Part shown: positions 29,328-38,743 of the stretch, in pieces
Position numbering within the stretch: position 1 is the stretch's first letter
Layout: each line of letters opens with the position of its first letter
Source: an uncultured Candidatus Saccharibacteria bacterium
GTDB lineage: Bacteria > Patescibacteriota > Minisyncoccia > Phycocordibacterales > UBA9973
Direction: 5' to 3'
NCBI GenBank assembly: GCA_964639185.1
Contig: CAZXCN010000003.1
Coordinates: forward strand, 14,059 to 78,058
Length of the DNA stretch: 64,000 nt
The notes under the pieces: model-generated
What the model was told of the DNA's origin: nothing
The model's database searches: none
What the model saw: the letters and a program-made list of their open reading frames with translations, nothing else
Made by a program: the position numbers and the translations under genes

Positions 29328-31040
29328 ATGGATTTATCATCGTTCCACTCACGCATAAGGATATTGGCCACATGCGTTTTTTTATTTGCATGTATTTTGA
29401 TTTTGAAACTTTTTTATATTTCGGTAATTCACCAGAATGAATATAGCGAACGTGCCGATAGGCAATATGCAACACCTTCTGGTGACATGTTCAATCGTGG
29501 TGATATATTTATGACCAAACGCGATGGTACCATTGTATCCGGAGGTACTGTTATATCTGGATTCAAAGTTGCTATTAATAATAATAAAATAACAACAAGC
29601 CCTGAGGCCCTATATAATTCTTTGAGTCCGTACTTGGTAATATCTCGTGATGAATTTATTACAAAGGCTTCAAAAACAGGCGATCCTTATGAGGAGATAA
29701 TATTTAAATTAACAAAAGAACAGGCCGATGAGATATCTGCACTGAGTTTGCCTGGAGTTTCGATATATAAACAAAAATGGCGATTTTATCCAGGGGGTTC
29801 TATGGCTGCGCATGCTTTAGGCTTTGTTTCGTTCAAAGGCGACAAACGTGTGGGTCAATACGGATTGGAAAAGTTTTATAATAGTACATTGTCAAAGCCA
29901 GATGATGGTGTGTATGTAAACTTTTTTGCTGAAGTATTTTCTAATATTGGTAAAAGCTTTTCTAACGTACGTGAAGGTGACGTTGTAACAACTATTGAAC
30001 CTGTTACTCAAAATATATTGGATAAAGAATTGAATGATGCTATGGATAAATGGCATGGAGACACAATGGGTGGAATAATCATGGACCCAAATACTGGTGA
30101 GATATATGCCATGTCGGGTTTGCCTGATTTTGATCTGAATGATTTTGGTAAAGTAAAGGATCCTCGTTTGTACGGTAACCCAATTGTTGAGAGTGTTTTT
30201 GAATTCGGATCAGTTATAAAGCCATTGGTTATAGCAGCAGCGTTAGATAAAGGTGTTATTACTCCGGAAACAACTTATCTAGACAAGGGTTCGGTAGTTG
30301 TAAATAAAAAAGAAATATTTAATTTCGATAAAAAAGCTCGTGGCCAAGCAACTATGCAAACTGTGTTAGATCAATCATTGAATACAGGAATGGTGTTTGT
30401 AGAGAATAAGCTTGGGCATGAATCATTTCGTAATTATATGAAAGCGTACGGTATAGGTGAGAAGACAGGCATCGACTTGCCAAACGAAACTTCGGGTTTG
30501 ATTAATAACCTCGATAGTACTCGTGATATTGAATATGCTACTGCATCGTTTGGTCAGGGTATCGCACTAACACCTATTGAGGCTATACGAGCATTTGCTG
30601 TACTTGCAAATGGTGGTAACCTAGTTACACCACACTTTGGTAAAGAGCTTAAATACGCTGACGGAACTTCGAAAAAATTAGAATTTCCAATTACTAAAAC
30701 AGGTCTTTTGAGTAAAGAAGCTACGAATACATTGTCACGCATGTTGGTACATGTATTCGATACATCGTATGGTGGTGGTGCATACAAATTCGAGCATTAT
30801 ACTGTTGCCACAAAGACCGGTACAGCGCAAGTGGCGCGTGATGATGGAAAAGGTTATTATGAAGATCAGCATATGCATTCATTCTTTGGATATTTCCCAG
30901 CATACGAACCAAGATTCGTCGTATTCTTGTTTATAAAGAATCCAAAAGGTGTACAATATGCAGCCCAGTCACTGATACCACCATTTGTAAATATTACAAA
31001 ATTCCTGCTTAATTATTATAATGTTCCACCAGATAGATAA
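29328..31040 (+). CDS. ftsI: Class B PBP (FtsI-like)
   Basis: GSVIK, SLN, KTGTAQ; dcw position. Confidence 0.85.
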   Translation: MDLSSFHSRIRILATCVFLFACILILKLFYISVIHQNEYSERADRQYATPSGDMFNRGDIFMTKRDGTIVSGGTVISGFKVAINNNKITTSPEALYNSLSPYLVISRDEFITKASKTGDPYEEIIFKLTKEQADEISALSLPGVSIYKQKWRFYPGGSMAAHALGFVSFKGDKRVGQYGLEKFYNSTLSKPDDGVYVNFFAEVFSNIGKSFSNVREGDVVTTIEPVTQNILDKELNDAMDKWHGDTMGGIIMDPNTGEIYAMSGLPDFDLNDFGKVKDPRLYGNPIVESVFEFGSVIKPLVIAAALDKGVITPETTYLDKGSVVVNKKEIFNFDKKARGQATMQTVLDQSLNTGMVFVENKLGHESFRNYMKAYGIGEKTGIDLPNETSGLINNLDSTRDIEYATASFGQGIALTPIEAIRAFAVLANGGNLVTPHFGKELKYADGTSKKLEFPITKTGLLSKEATNTLSRMLVHVFDTSYGGGAYKFEHYTVATKTGTAQVARDDGKGYYEDQHMHSFFGYFPAYEPRFVVFLFIKNPKGVQYAAQSLIPPFVNITKFLLNYYNVPPDR

Positions 31041-31050
31041 TATAAAAATC

Positions 31051-32349
31051 ATGAAAAAAAAATTTAGAAAGATAGTAATTCGTATTCTTACTTGGCAAGC
31101 CAAGATAGTATTGAAGCGTTATAATCCAAAAATAGTAGCTATTACTGGATCAGTAGGCAAGACTTCAACAAAAGATGCTGTATATACAGTATTGTCACAA
31201 TTTTATACTGTACGTAAAAGTCAAAAGAGTTTTAATGGTGAAATAGGTTTGCCTCTTACTATACTCGGTTTTCCAAATGGCTGGAATAATCCAATTATTT
31301 GGATGGATAATGTTATCCGAGGATTCGCACTTTTATTGTGGAAGCATGATTTCCCCGAGTATCTTGTTTTGGAAATAGGTGCGGGTAAACCAAATGATAT
31401 TATTAGTGTGTCCAAGTGGCTCAAGTCTGACTTTGTTATTTTTACACGTTTTCCAGATATGCCAGTACATGTTGAATTCTTTAAAGACAAGAATCATGTA
31501 ATAGAAGAAAAGACTTCATTGGCCTATACATTGAAGCCTAATGGTGTGTTGATACTAAATCATGATGACAAGGAAGTTTATAAAATTCACCACAAGGTAA
31601 AGAACCGGTCTATTTCATTTGGGTTCGATGAACATGCTACTTATCGTGCTACATATCCAACAGTAGCTACGCATAGTGCAGGAACTGCATCGGTAACACT
31701 TGGTATGAATTTTAAATTGGAACACGGGGGCAATACATTCCCTGTAGCTATGGATCATATTATCGGTATGAATCATGTTTATTCAGGTCTTGCTGCTATT
31801 GCTTGTGCCGTGGAAAGTGGTGCCGACATATTGGCATCAGTAAATGCTATTGCTGAATACAGGACACCACCAGGCCGACTTTCAATAATCGAAGGTATGA
31901 ACAATAGTGTGATTATCGATGACACTTACAATGCATCACCAACCGCTACTGAATCTGCATTAGAGGTGCTGGGGTCTGTCGAAGGCAAGAGGAAGATAGC
32001 AGTATTGGGCGACATGCTCGAGCTAGGCAAGATGACTGAGGAAGCTCATAAAGATATTGGTGTCAAAGTTTGCAATGTTGCTGATATATTGATAGTAGTT
32101 GGTCCACGTTCTAGATTTATTGCTCAGGGTGCAAATGAAAATGGGTTCCCAATAAAAGAAACATATGCATTTGAAAGTTCAGAAACTTGTGGCAAATTCC
32201 TGTCTGCTATGATCGAACCTTCTGACGTAATTCTTCTGAAAGGTTCCCAAGGTACTCGTATGGAGCGTGCCGTGGCGATGATAATGGCACACCCAGAAGA
32301 TGCCCCGAATTTATTATGCCGGCAGGAAAAGGAATGGCTGAAGAGGTAG
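31051..32349 (+). CDS. murF: UDP-MurNAc-tripeptide:D-Ala-D-Ala ligase
   Basis: ITGSVGKTSTK, NGEIGLP, DDTYNASP, GDMLELG, LKGSQ. Confidence 0.92.
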   Translation: MKKKFRKIVIRILTWQAKIVLKRYNPKIVAITGSVGKTSTKDAVYTVLSQFYTVRKSQKSFNGEIGLPLTILGFPNGWNNPIIWMDNVIRGFALLLWKHDFPEYLVLEIGAGKPNDIISVSKWLKSDFVIFTRFPDMPVHVEFFKDKNHVIEEKTSLAYTLKPNGVLILNHDDKEVYKIHHKVKNRSISFGFDEHATYRATYPTVATHSAGTASVTLGMNFKLEHGGNTFPVAMDHIIGMNHVYSGLAAIACAVESGADILASVNAIAEYRTPPGRLSIIEGMNNSVIIDDTYNASPTATESALEVLGSVEGKRKIAVLGDMLELGKMTEEAHKDIGVKVCNVADILIVVGPRSRFIAQGANENGFPIKETYAFESSETCGKFLSAMIEPSDVILLKGSQGTRMERAVAMIMAHPEDAPNLLCRQEKEWLKR

Positions 32350-32412
32350 TATTGTAAAATTCTTCATTTGTTAAATTCATAATCATGTGGTATATTAATA
32401 AAAAAATATATT

Positions 32413-32817
32413 ATGGCATATAGATTAAAAGAATTAAAAATCGAGTCTTCTAAGTACAAGTTAGAAGCTAATGATGAAGAAAAAAAAGCCTTAAATCAAA
32501 TAGGGATGTGCGAAAAGAATAAAAATAAACCGCATATTATCTCTAATCATTATTGGGTAAGAGAAAAAGACGCTATGTGTAATTGTTTAAATTGTGACCT
32601 CTCCTTTTTAAAAGGTCATCTCTATTTAATACCACAAGGTGTGATTTTAATTGAAGAAGAAAATAGGAGAAAATTTATTAAGAAAAAGACTAGTCCTGAG
32701 CTTAATTCTAATTCTAATTCTGAGACTAAAATTAATTCTAATTCTAATTCTAATTCTAATTTTAATTCTGAGATTAAGGTTAAACCTTATTTTAAAATGC
32801 ACTTTGGCTCAAATTAA
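32413..32817 (+). CDS. Orphan protein with Cys/His cluster and Asn-Ser repeat
   Basis: 134-aa ORF with its own -10-like box and terminator; CNCLNC; (NS)n. Confidence 0.55.
   Translation: MAYRLKELKIESSKYKLEANDEEKKALNQIGMCEKNKNKPHIISNHYWVREKDAMCNCLNCDLSFLKGHLYLIPQGVILIEEENRRKFIKKKTSPELNSNSNSETKINSNSNSNSNFNSEIKVKPYFKMHFGSN
32704..32769 (+). repeat. (AATTCT)n hexamer tandem repeat
   Basis: Two runs of AATTCT units encoding NSNSNS. Confidence 0.85.
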
Positions 32818-32871
32818 AAATTGAATTTTATTATTATAAAACAGCGAATGAAAATTTGCTGTTTTTTTATG

Positions 32872-33068
32872 GGGGGCCTACAGGGAACATGAGTACATTT
32901 ATCGCCGACTACATCGGCAGGTACTTTTCCGGTCGTAAACGACACGGAAAAGTCTTTCGATTCTCTGACGCTAGCAAAGCAGTTTGCTCGCTTAGGGTCA
33001 CGCAATAAAAAAGGCCCGACAAAGTCGAGCTCTTTTTTATACGCGTGAGGGTTTAACAGATAGAACCC
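32872..33068. repeat. Structured tRNA-Glu-derived element A (att-like)
   Basis: CCTACAGGGAA, GAGTAC, GTCTTTCGATTCT, TAGGGTCAC, hairpin, GTGA..GAACCC; homologous to element B. Confidence 0.75.
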
Positions 33069-33119
33069 CCCCCAAGGTTCATTGCCCAGTAAGGCTTTTT
33101 TATATGTTCATAATATATA

Positions 33120-33563
33120 CTATTTAACTTTCTCGTGCATAGCTTGTTTCTCTTTTTGTTTTGCAACTTCAAGCAAATATTTTAATCCTTCATTGGAATT
33201 AAATTTATTTTGTATCTCTAATTTGAAATATCGAAAAATCATTACAACGAATGTAGTGAAAAAAAGTATGATAAAAATATTATATAAATAACCATGTGGT
33301 ACGTTTCTGTCTATTATATTAGCAACGAGGTTTCCTGAAATACCCAGTATTATTCCTAGAAATAAAAGCCAATATGATTCTCTCTTTTCTTCGATTTCTT
33401 TAACAACAGTTTCGAATTTTGTAATTTCTTTTTGTAAAGTATCAGTCATATTTTTGATAAAGACATCTTTGTCTTTATCAGGAATAGCATTCCATGTAGA
33501 AATACCCACTGTTTCAATTATTTTTTCTCTAATTTGATATTCTCGTTTTACGCTGTTTTCCAT
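33120..33563 (-). CDS. Hypothetical 2-TM membrane protein (islet)
   Basis: Coiled N-terminus and two hydrophobic helices. Start at MENSV. Confidence 0.7.
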   Translation of the reverse strand: MENSVKREYQIREKIIETVGISTWNAIPDKDKDVFIKNMTDTLQKEITKFETVVKEIEEKRESYWLLFLGIILGISGNLVANIIDRNVPHGYLYNIFIILFFTTFVVMIFRYFKLEIQNKFNSNEGLKYLLEVAKQKEKQAMHEKVK

Positions 33564-33685
33564 GATTAAAGTATTATAATACAAAAAGTGACAAAAGTGA
33601 CATTATTTTAAATAATAAGAAAATTACTCTCAAAAGTGTCTGATTTACCTGTCAAATAGGATCTAAAAATGCTAAAATGGCTATT

Positions 33686-36469
33686 ATGTGGCATAAATAT
33701 TTATACATAATACAAAATCCAGATCCTCAGACGTGTCTCGCAGGTCTCGTTTGTGCCAATGATACTTTTATTGCCATATACGGGGTCATATTCACTATTG
33801 TAATTTCCTTGGGTGTATATATTTATGGTCTACAAAACAGAGAAGAGAAAATAACCCTACTTAAAAGTACAGATATTAAAGGTATCATAGAAAACTCTCT
33901 TGGTTTTTTTGCATTTACTTTTTTTGCATTACCCAACCCCGTCTATGAAATTTTTAACTTTATATTTTTAGGATGGATTCTTCTGAGACTGCTAGGTGCT
34001 TTTAAGGAAGTCTTTAAATTTAATGAGAGCGAATTGTCGGGAGAAAGAGCTGTGAAGAAGTTCAAGGAAGGTGTGATTCGTGAGAAGCTTATCCAATTTG
34101 AGGATTTAAAGAAAAAGAATGAGTTACTGAATGAAGAACTTGAGAAGAAAAGGGGTGAGGAAATAGAAAGATTCCTCTTCAGTGAAAACAATGAGTCTTA
34201 TCACCTTATTCGCGCTCAAAGTTCCGGGTATATTACAGATATTGATCTCAATATCTTATTTGCGAATGAAGACAGTAAAGATTCTTTGGGAAATTATTCA
34301 TACTATATTCCGTATCACATTTCACACGGTGCTCCAATAGATTTCGATACAGTGATTCTCGGTGTAAAAAAAGATGGAGATAAGAAAATCGATGAAGACA
34401 GAGAAGACAGACTGCGGTCTTTCATATCTGTCAGTGATGAATATGAAAATCCGACCTCTTACATTGAAGCCGAAACAAGGAATTATTACCCACAAATGAT
34501 CTCCTTGATAAAGCTTGAAGATTCAAAAAGTCTTGAATTGAAACTTAAAGAATTTTCTAGCTTCGTTGATCATTTCACAAACAAGTCAGATTCGTACGTA
34601 GATATTATCCAATTTATTAATGATGATATTATCTTTACCTTGCAAAAATACGCATTCAAGCAAGGAAACGTTGATTGTATAAGAAAGGTGGTGTCGTTCT
34701 CTCTCGGATATATTTATCAGGCGTTAGACAAGAAATCAACGAAGACATTTAATATCTTTTTTAGAAACTTCGGGCATGCCTATTATGAAGCGTTCAGTCT
34801 CAATAAAAAAGAAAGGGATGAATTCTTTGATATTTATTTCAGATGGCTTAACGAAGTTGCTAAGTATTCATTAAAATCCAGAATCAAAAAGGATGATGAT
34901 TATTCGGAGTTTGTTACTACTTTTCTATCTGGAGTTAACGGATGGTTAAAAATTGCTTTTGACCGCAAAGACATTGATGTTTTCGAGAAAACACTGTCAT
35001 TCTTAAATAACTCTCTTTCCCGTGAGACGTATGAGCACGATAAGGATGATGCACTTGATGAGGCTGTTCTCACCAAGAAAGCTGTACTGTTTGGTTTTAC
35101 TGCGTGGGTGTATAAATATTTTCCGGCAAGAAAGGGCGATGACTTTTACCGCAATGCACTGTCCAAACTACTGTCAGCCTTGGCTAAGGATCCAATCCGT
35201 CACTACGCAAACAATCAAGATGATTTGAATTATTATTTGAGTATTTACTTAAAGAGTGCGGAACTCTCAGAAAGCAAGGGTTCTTTTGGATGGGATAGTT
35301 GGGATATGCCCGAGGGAACAGTTTCTACGGTTACAATACGTCATGATATTAAGAATCTGCTAACAGATCGTATTCTTAATATTGTATTAGCTAACCCCAC
35401 TCTAGCCGTTGATATAAAAGATAAAAATTATAACGACGAACTTTCTCTTGTAAAACAAGGCAACCAGCAGTTCGATGTTCTTCTAAATAAGACCAAAGAC
35501 TTTTTTGTCTCTACGGAAAAACTAACAGATGAACAATTTGATACCGCAAAAACTAAATTTTATGAAGTCTTCTCAAAGATCGCTGAAAAATACGAATCCG
35601 ATGTTAGGAGTAAGCTTATTCAGCAGTCAATTGATGATGAAAAATTTAATGAATTTGCAAAACAGAATTTTGAGTCATATAAAAAGTCGCGAGTTTTGTA
35701 CGGTATTCAAAAGTTTATAAAAGATAGTACAAAGAGGAGCGATGGTTTTGGATATAACACCCTCTTATCCAAAGAACAGTTTGTTAAAGAGACCAATGTT
35801 CACTATTCAAACGGAGACCAGTTTGGTGAAGATCTTGCTAGGTCAGAAGACAACAAGATTCTTGAATCCATCTACAAGAAAGTAGAAAAGACCCCTCTTA
35901 TTAGTAGAGAAAATATTGGTAAGAACATATATCCCGAGAGTGATACAACAGCCATCATCTTGTGGCTAAACGGCTACTTGAGTATCGAATCATATTCTCC
36001 TAACGATTTTGTTCCTTATTGGCAGGAAGTAGATTCCAGAAAAGATAAAGGTCCCTATTATCAAGGAACTATTAAGGGTGTTCCCGTGTATATCATTTAT
36101 AAGTTCCAAGATCAGAAGTCATATCCAGACTCCATGTTTATTTTTAAATCGGGGTCATTCTCTGCTCATGAATTTGAAATAGAGAAGGATACTGAGTTAG
36201 ATGAGGCAAACACAAAATGGTCAAACGATGAAGAAAGTTGTTTAACTTTATCCATAACTAACCTCTCAAGTCTTGATGAGGCTCGTAAAAAGATAGTTGA
36301 AAATTGGATCAAGAATGATCCTGATAGCGTAAAAGATAAAGACGCAAAAATTGAAGAGATTAAAACAGATGTGATCTTTAAATTCTATAAAGGACTGGGA
36401 GTTGAAGATTTAGTTATTGATGGTAAAAAAATTAAGATTTTCCGCATTAAGAGAAGTTGGATTAAGTAA
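33686..36469 (+). CDS. Large membrane-anchored hypothetical protein (islet)
   Basis: About 3 N-terminal TMs; IRAQSSGYITDID recalls DUF2254; long helical region. Start 33686 (or 33677). Confidence 0.8.
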   Translation: MWHKYLYIIQNPDPQTCLAGLVCANDTFIAIYGVIFTIVISLGVYIYGLQNREEKITLLKSTDIKGIIENSLGFFAFTFFALPNPVYEIFNFIFLGWILLRLLGAFKEVFKFNESELSGERAVKKFKEGVIREKLIQFEDLKKKNELLNEELEKKRGEEIERFLFSENNESYHLIRAQSSGYITDIDLNILFANEDSKDSLGNYSYYIPYHISHGAPIDFDTVILGVKKDGDKKIDEDREDRLRSFISVSDEYENPTSYIEAETRNYYPQMISLIKLEDSKSLELKLKEFSSFVDHFTNKSDSYVDIIQFINDDIIFTLQKYAFKQGNVDCIRKVVSFSLGYIYQALDKKSTKTFNIFFRNFGHAYYEAFSLNKKERDEFFDIYFRWLNEVAKYSLKSRIKKDDDYSEFVTTFLSGVNGWLKIAFDRKDIDVFEKTLSFLNNSLSRETYEHDKDDALDEAVLTKKAVLFGFTAWVYKYFPARKGDDFYRNALSKLLSALAKDPIRHYANNQDDLNYYLSIYLKSAELSESKGSFGWDSWDMPEGTVSTVTIRHDIKNLLTDRILNIVLANPTLAVDIKDKNYNDELSLVKQGNQQFDVLLNKTKDFFVSTEKLTDEQFDTAKTKFYEVFSKIAEKYESDVRSKLIQQSIDDEKFNEFAKQNFESYKKSRVLYGIQKFIKDSTKRSDGFGYNTLLSKEQFVKETNVHYSNGDQFGEDLARSEDNKILESIYKKVEKTPLISRENIGKNIYPESDTTAIILWLNGYLSIESYSPNDFVPYWQEVDSRKDKGPYYQGTIKGVPVYIIYKFQDQKSYPDSMFIFKSGSFSAHEFEIEKDTELDEANTKWSNDEESCLTLSITNLSSLDEARKKIVENWIKNDPDSVKDKDAKIEEIKTDVIFKFYKGLGVEDLVIDGKKIKIFRIKRSWIK

Positions 36470-36477
36470 GTTCACAG

Positions 36478-36512
36478 GTACCAAAATAGCCCTTTAAGGG
36501 CTATTTTGGTAC
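36478..36512 (+). terminator. Terminator-like hairpin
   Basis: GTACCAAAATAGCCCT-TTA-AGGGCTATTTTGGTAC. Confidence 0.75.
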
Positions 36513-36536
36513 GCTTCTCGTGCCGCGCTCTTGAAG

Positions 36537-36723
36537 GTGACCCTACAGGGAACCGCGAGTACGCTTTCGGTCACGAGTCTTTTCTTGGTAGAAAAGCTCG
36601 CGACCCCGACTCGGCTCGACAGCCTCCGTCTTTCGATTCTTTTTAAACATAGATTTAGCTATGTTTAAAAATCACAAAATTTGTCCTGCGGAAAATTTTG
36701 TGACCCTACAGGGAATCGAACCC
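36537..36723. repeat. Structured tRNA-Glu-derived element B with 16-bp direct repeat
   Basis: GTGACCCTACAGGGAA at 36537-36552 is identical to the tRNA 3' end at 36700-36715. Confidence 0.85.
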
Positions 36724-36772
36724 TGATTCCATCCTTGAGAAGGATGTGTCCTAACCGTTAGACGATAGGGCC
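36701..36772 (-). tRNA. tRNA-Glu(CTC)
   Basis: GGCCCTA acceptor, CATCC-TTCTCAA-GGATG anticodon arm, GTTCGATTC. Confidence 0.95.
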
Positions 36773-36898
36773 ATATGAGATTTAAAATACCACATTTTGT
36801 ATATTTTTCAAAGTTGAATAGAAGTATATTTTGCCGATTTGACTCATTTGCACTCAAATGGTATTCTGAGTGCAAACAAAAAAATAAAAATAAAAATT

Positions 36899-37963
36899 AT
36901 GAAAGAAGTTTCAGCAGACCCTAACATCCTCATAATCGGAGGCAGTACTTGTAATGATGGCATAGCTGTCGAAATTGCAGGAATTTTAGGAACAGATTTG
37001 TTTCCATGTGATATTGGAAAATTCGCAAACGGAGAACCTGACATTGATTTAAAAAAAAGTGTCAGAGGTAAAACAGTATTTTTTATCCAACGTTCATTAA
37101 CTGGAAATGGTGAAATGGGTTCTGGTATGATGGAAACCCGCACTGTTGCAGATGCGTTGTTGAGGGCTAAGGTAGGTAGAATGATACTCATACAATTAAA
37201 TTTTCCCATGTCTAGACAAGACAGAAGAGAATTTAATGTTAAATCAAAAAGTTTGAAACCTAAAAGACGCCCCATCAGTGCAAGAGTAGCTGCAGATTTC
37301 TACACAGAATGTGGATTTGAAGATGTTGTAACTATACATTTGCATTCTGCCCAAATTGAAGGATTCTTCGATGCTAGAAAGTGTGGTATTGATAATATCA
37401 ATCCCGCATCTGTTTTTATAGATTATTTGCATGAAGAAGGAATTTTGAATGGAGAAAATAGTGACCTCATGCTGGTATCTCCTGATGTTGGGGGTGCTAC
37501 ATTTGTTTCTTTGATCTCAGACATTTTAAACTTACCTCCTTATGCAATTATTGATAAACGCAGAACGGGTCCTGGTAAAAGCAAAGCCATGAACATAATT
37601 GGTAGTGTGAAAGGTAAGAGGTGTATTTTGTGGGACGATATGGTGGATTCTGGTGGAACTGCCGTTGAAGCTGCTGAAAAGGTTTTGGATGAAGGAGCAA
37701 AAGAGGTAATGCTAATTGCTACTCACCCAGTGCTTACAGGTGAAGCCGTTAAAAATTTACTAAATTCAAAATTTAGTAAAGCTATCTTCACAAACACACT
37801 TCCTATTCCAGTAGAATTAAAAAATAGTCCAAAGATTGTTCAGCTATCTATTGGTCCAATGGTAGCAAGAATTATTGCAAATATTTACAATGATGAATCG
37901 TTAGAAGAAATTGTGAATATTAATACAGAATTTTTACAATCTAAAACTGCTACACAATCATGA
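36899..37963 (+). CDS. prs: Ribose-phosphate pyrophosphokinase
   Basis: FANGE, SRQDR, LHSAQIEGFF, VSPDVGG, DKRR, DDMVDSGGT. Confidence 0.92.
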   Translation: MKEVSADPNILIIGGSTCNDGIAVEIAGILGTDLFPCDIGKFANGEPDIDLKKSVRGKTVFFIQRSLTGNGEMGSGMMETRTVADALLRAKVGRMILIQLNFPMSRQDRREFNVKSKSLKPKRRPISARVAADFYTECGFEDVVTIHLHSAQIEGFFDARKCGIDNINPASVFIDYLHEEGILNGENSDLMLVSPDVGGATFVSLISDILNLPPYAIIDKRRTGPGKSKAMNIIGSVKGKRCILWDDMVDSGGTAVEAAEKVLDEGAKEVMLIATHPVLTGEAVKNLLNSKFSKAIFTNTLPIPVELKNSPKIVQLSIGPMVARIIANIYNDESLEEIVNINTEFLQSKTATQS

Positions 37964-38100
37964 AAAATTTATTTTTTAACAACGATCCTCGTGAATACGG
38001 GGAAGACGATGACGAAGAAGAAGACGAAGACGGTAACTATTCAAATTATTCAGAAGATTCTGAAGCTAATGAATCTGCTACTGATCTAAGAGGGAAGTAA
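37960..38100 (+). CDS. Highly acidic 46-aa peptide coupled to prs
   Basis: ATGA overlap with the prs stop; MKNLFFNNDPREYGEDDDEEEDEDGNYSNYSEDSEANESATDLRGK*; terminator follows. Confidence 0.6.
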   Translation: MKNLFFNNDPREYGEDDDEEEDEDGNYSNYSEDSEANESATDLRGK

Positions 38101-38121
38101 AATTCTCACAAACACAATTCT

Positions 38122-38164
38122 AAAATCCTACAGACGTTTAACCAACGTTTGTGGGATTTTTTTT
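38122..38164 (+). terminator. Intrinsic terminator
   Basis: AAATCCTACAGACGTT...AACGTTTGTGGGATTT plus T-run. Confidence 0.7.
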
Positions 38165-38181
38165 ATACCTAAATATAGGGT

Positions 38182-38252
38182 TGACCCCGTTAGAAGCAGG
38201 TCGCCCCAAGGTGATCGTAGCACTCCCGTACTCAGGAAGGTGGCTACTAACG
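38182..38252. repeat. REP-like palindromic element
   Basis: TGACCCCGTTAGAAGC...GCTACTAACG with internal hairpins; resembles 1173-1206 in murB. Confidence 0.55.
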
Positions 38253-38255
38253 ATA

Positions 38256-38284
38256 TTGACAAATATGCTTAAAAGGTATATAAT
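38256..38284 (+). promoter_or_regulatory. Consensus sigma70 promoter
   Basis: TTGACA-17 bp-TATAAT. Confidence 0.85.
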
Positions 38285-38293
38285 ATATAAACT

Positions 38294-38686
38294 ATGAAAA
38301 AAGGAGTATTAATAATTTCAATATTTATTTTATCAATAAGTTTTGGGCTGACAGCTTTCCCTCAGTCAGCAAATGCTGTGTGGGGTCTAAATGTTGGTTT
38401 GGGTTTTGGTAATGGTGGTTATGATAATTATGGTGGAGGCTACTCCTCATATGGTAACAATTATGGCAATAGTCCTTATGGCTATGGCTACAATGCGCCT
38501 TACAACGGAACTTGGGGTAATAATGCTTATACTAATCCATACGGTAGTTATTATGGTAACTACGGTAACAACAATAATGCAAGGCTTAATGTAGGTATTA
38601 ACTTTGGTTTCAATAATTATGGTGCTAACACTTATGGTGGATACGGAGGTTACTCATGTATGCCAACAAACATCTGGGGTTGCTAA
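38294..38686 (+). CDS. Secreted Gly/Tyr/Asn-rich low-complexity protein
   Basis: Signal peptide ending ANA, then a G/Y/N-dominated chain and two C-terminal Cys. Confidence 0.75.
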   Translation: MKKGVLIISIFILSISFGLTAFPQSANAVWGLNVGLGFGNGGYDNYGGGYSSYGNNYGNSPYGYGYNAPYNGTWGNNAYTNPYGSYYGNYGNNNNARLNVGINFGFNNYGANTYGGYGGYSCMPTNIWGC

Positions 38687-38692
38687 ATTTAA

Positions 38693-38743
38693 AATAAACA
38701 AAAATCACTTGGAAGTCAGACTTCCAAGTGATTTTTGTTTATT
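38693..38743. terminator. 25-bp-arm inverted repeat, bidirectional terminator
   Basis: ...AAATCACTTGGAAGTC-A-GACTTCCAAGTGATTT... between convergent genes. Confidence 0.8.

Noticed and set aside
32814-33005. 63-aa minus-strand ORF
   Set aside because: It overlies structured element A and a terminator; no coding signal.
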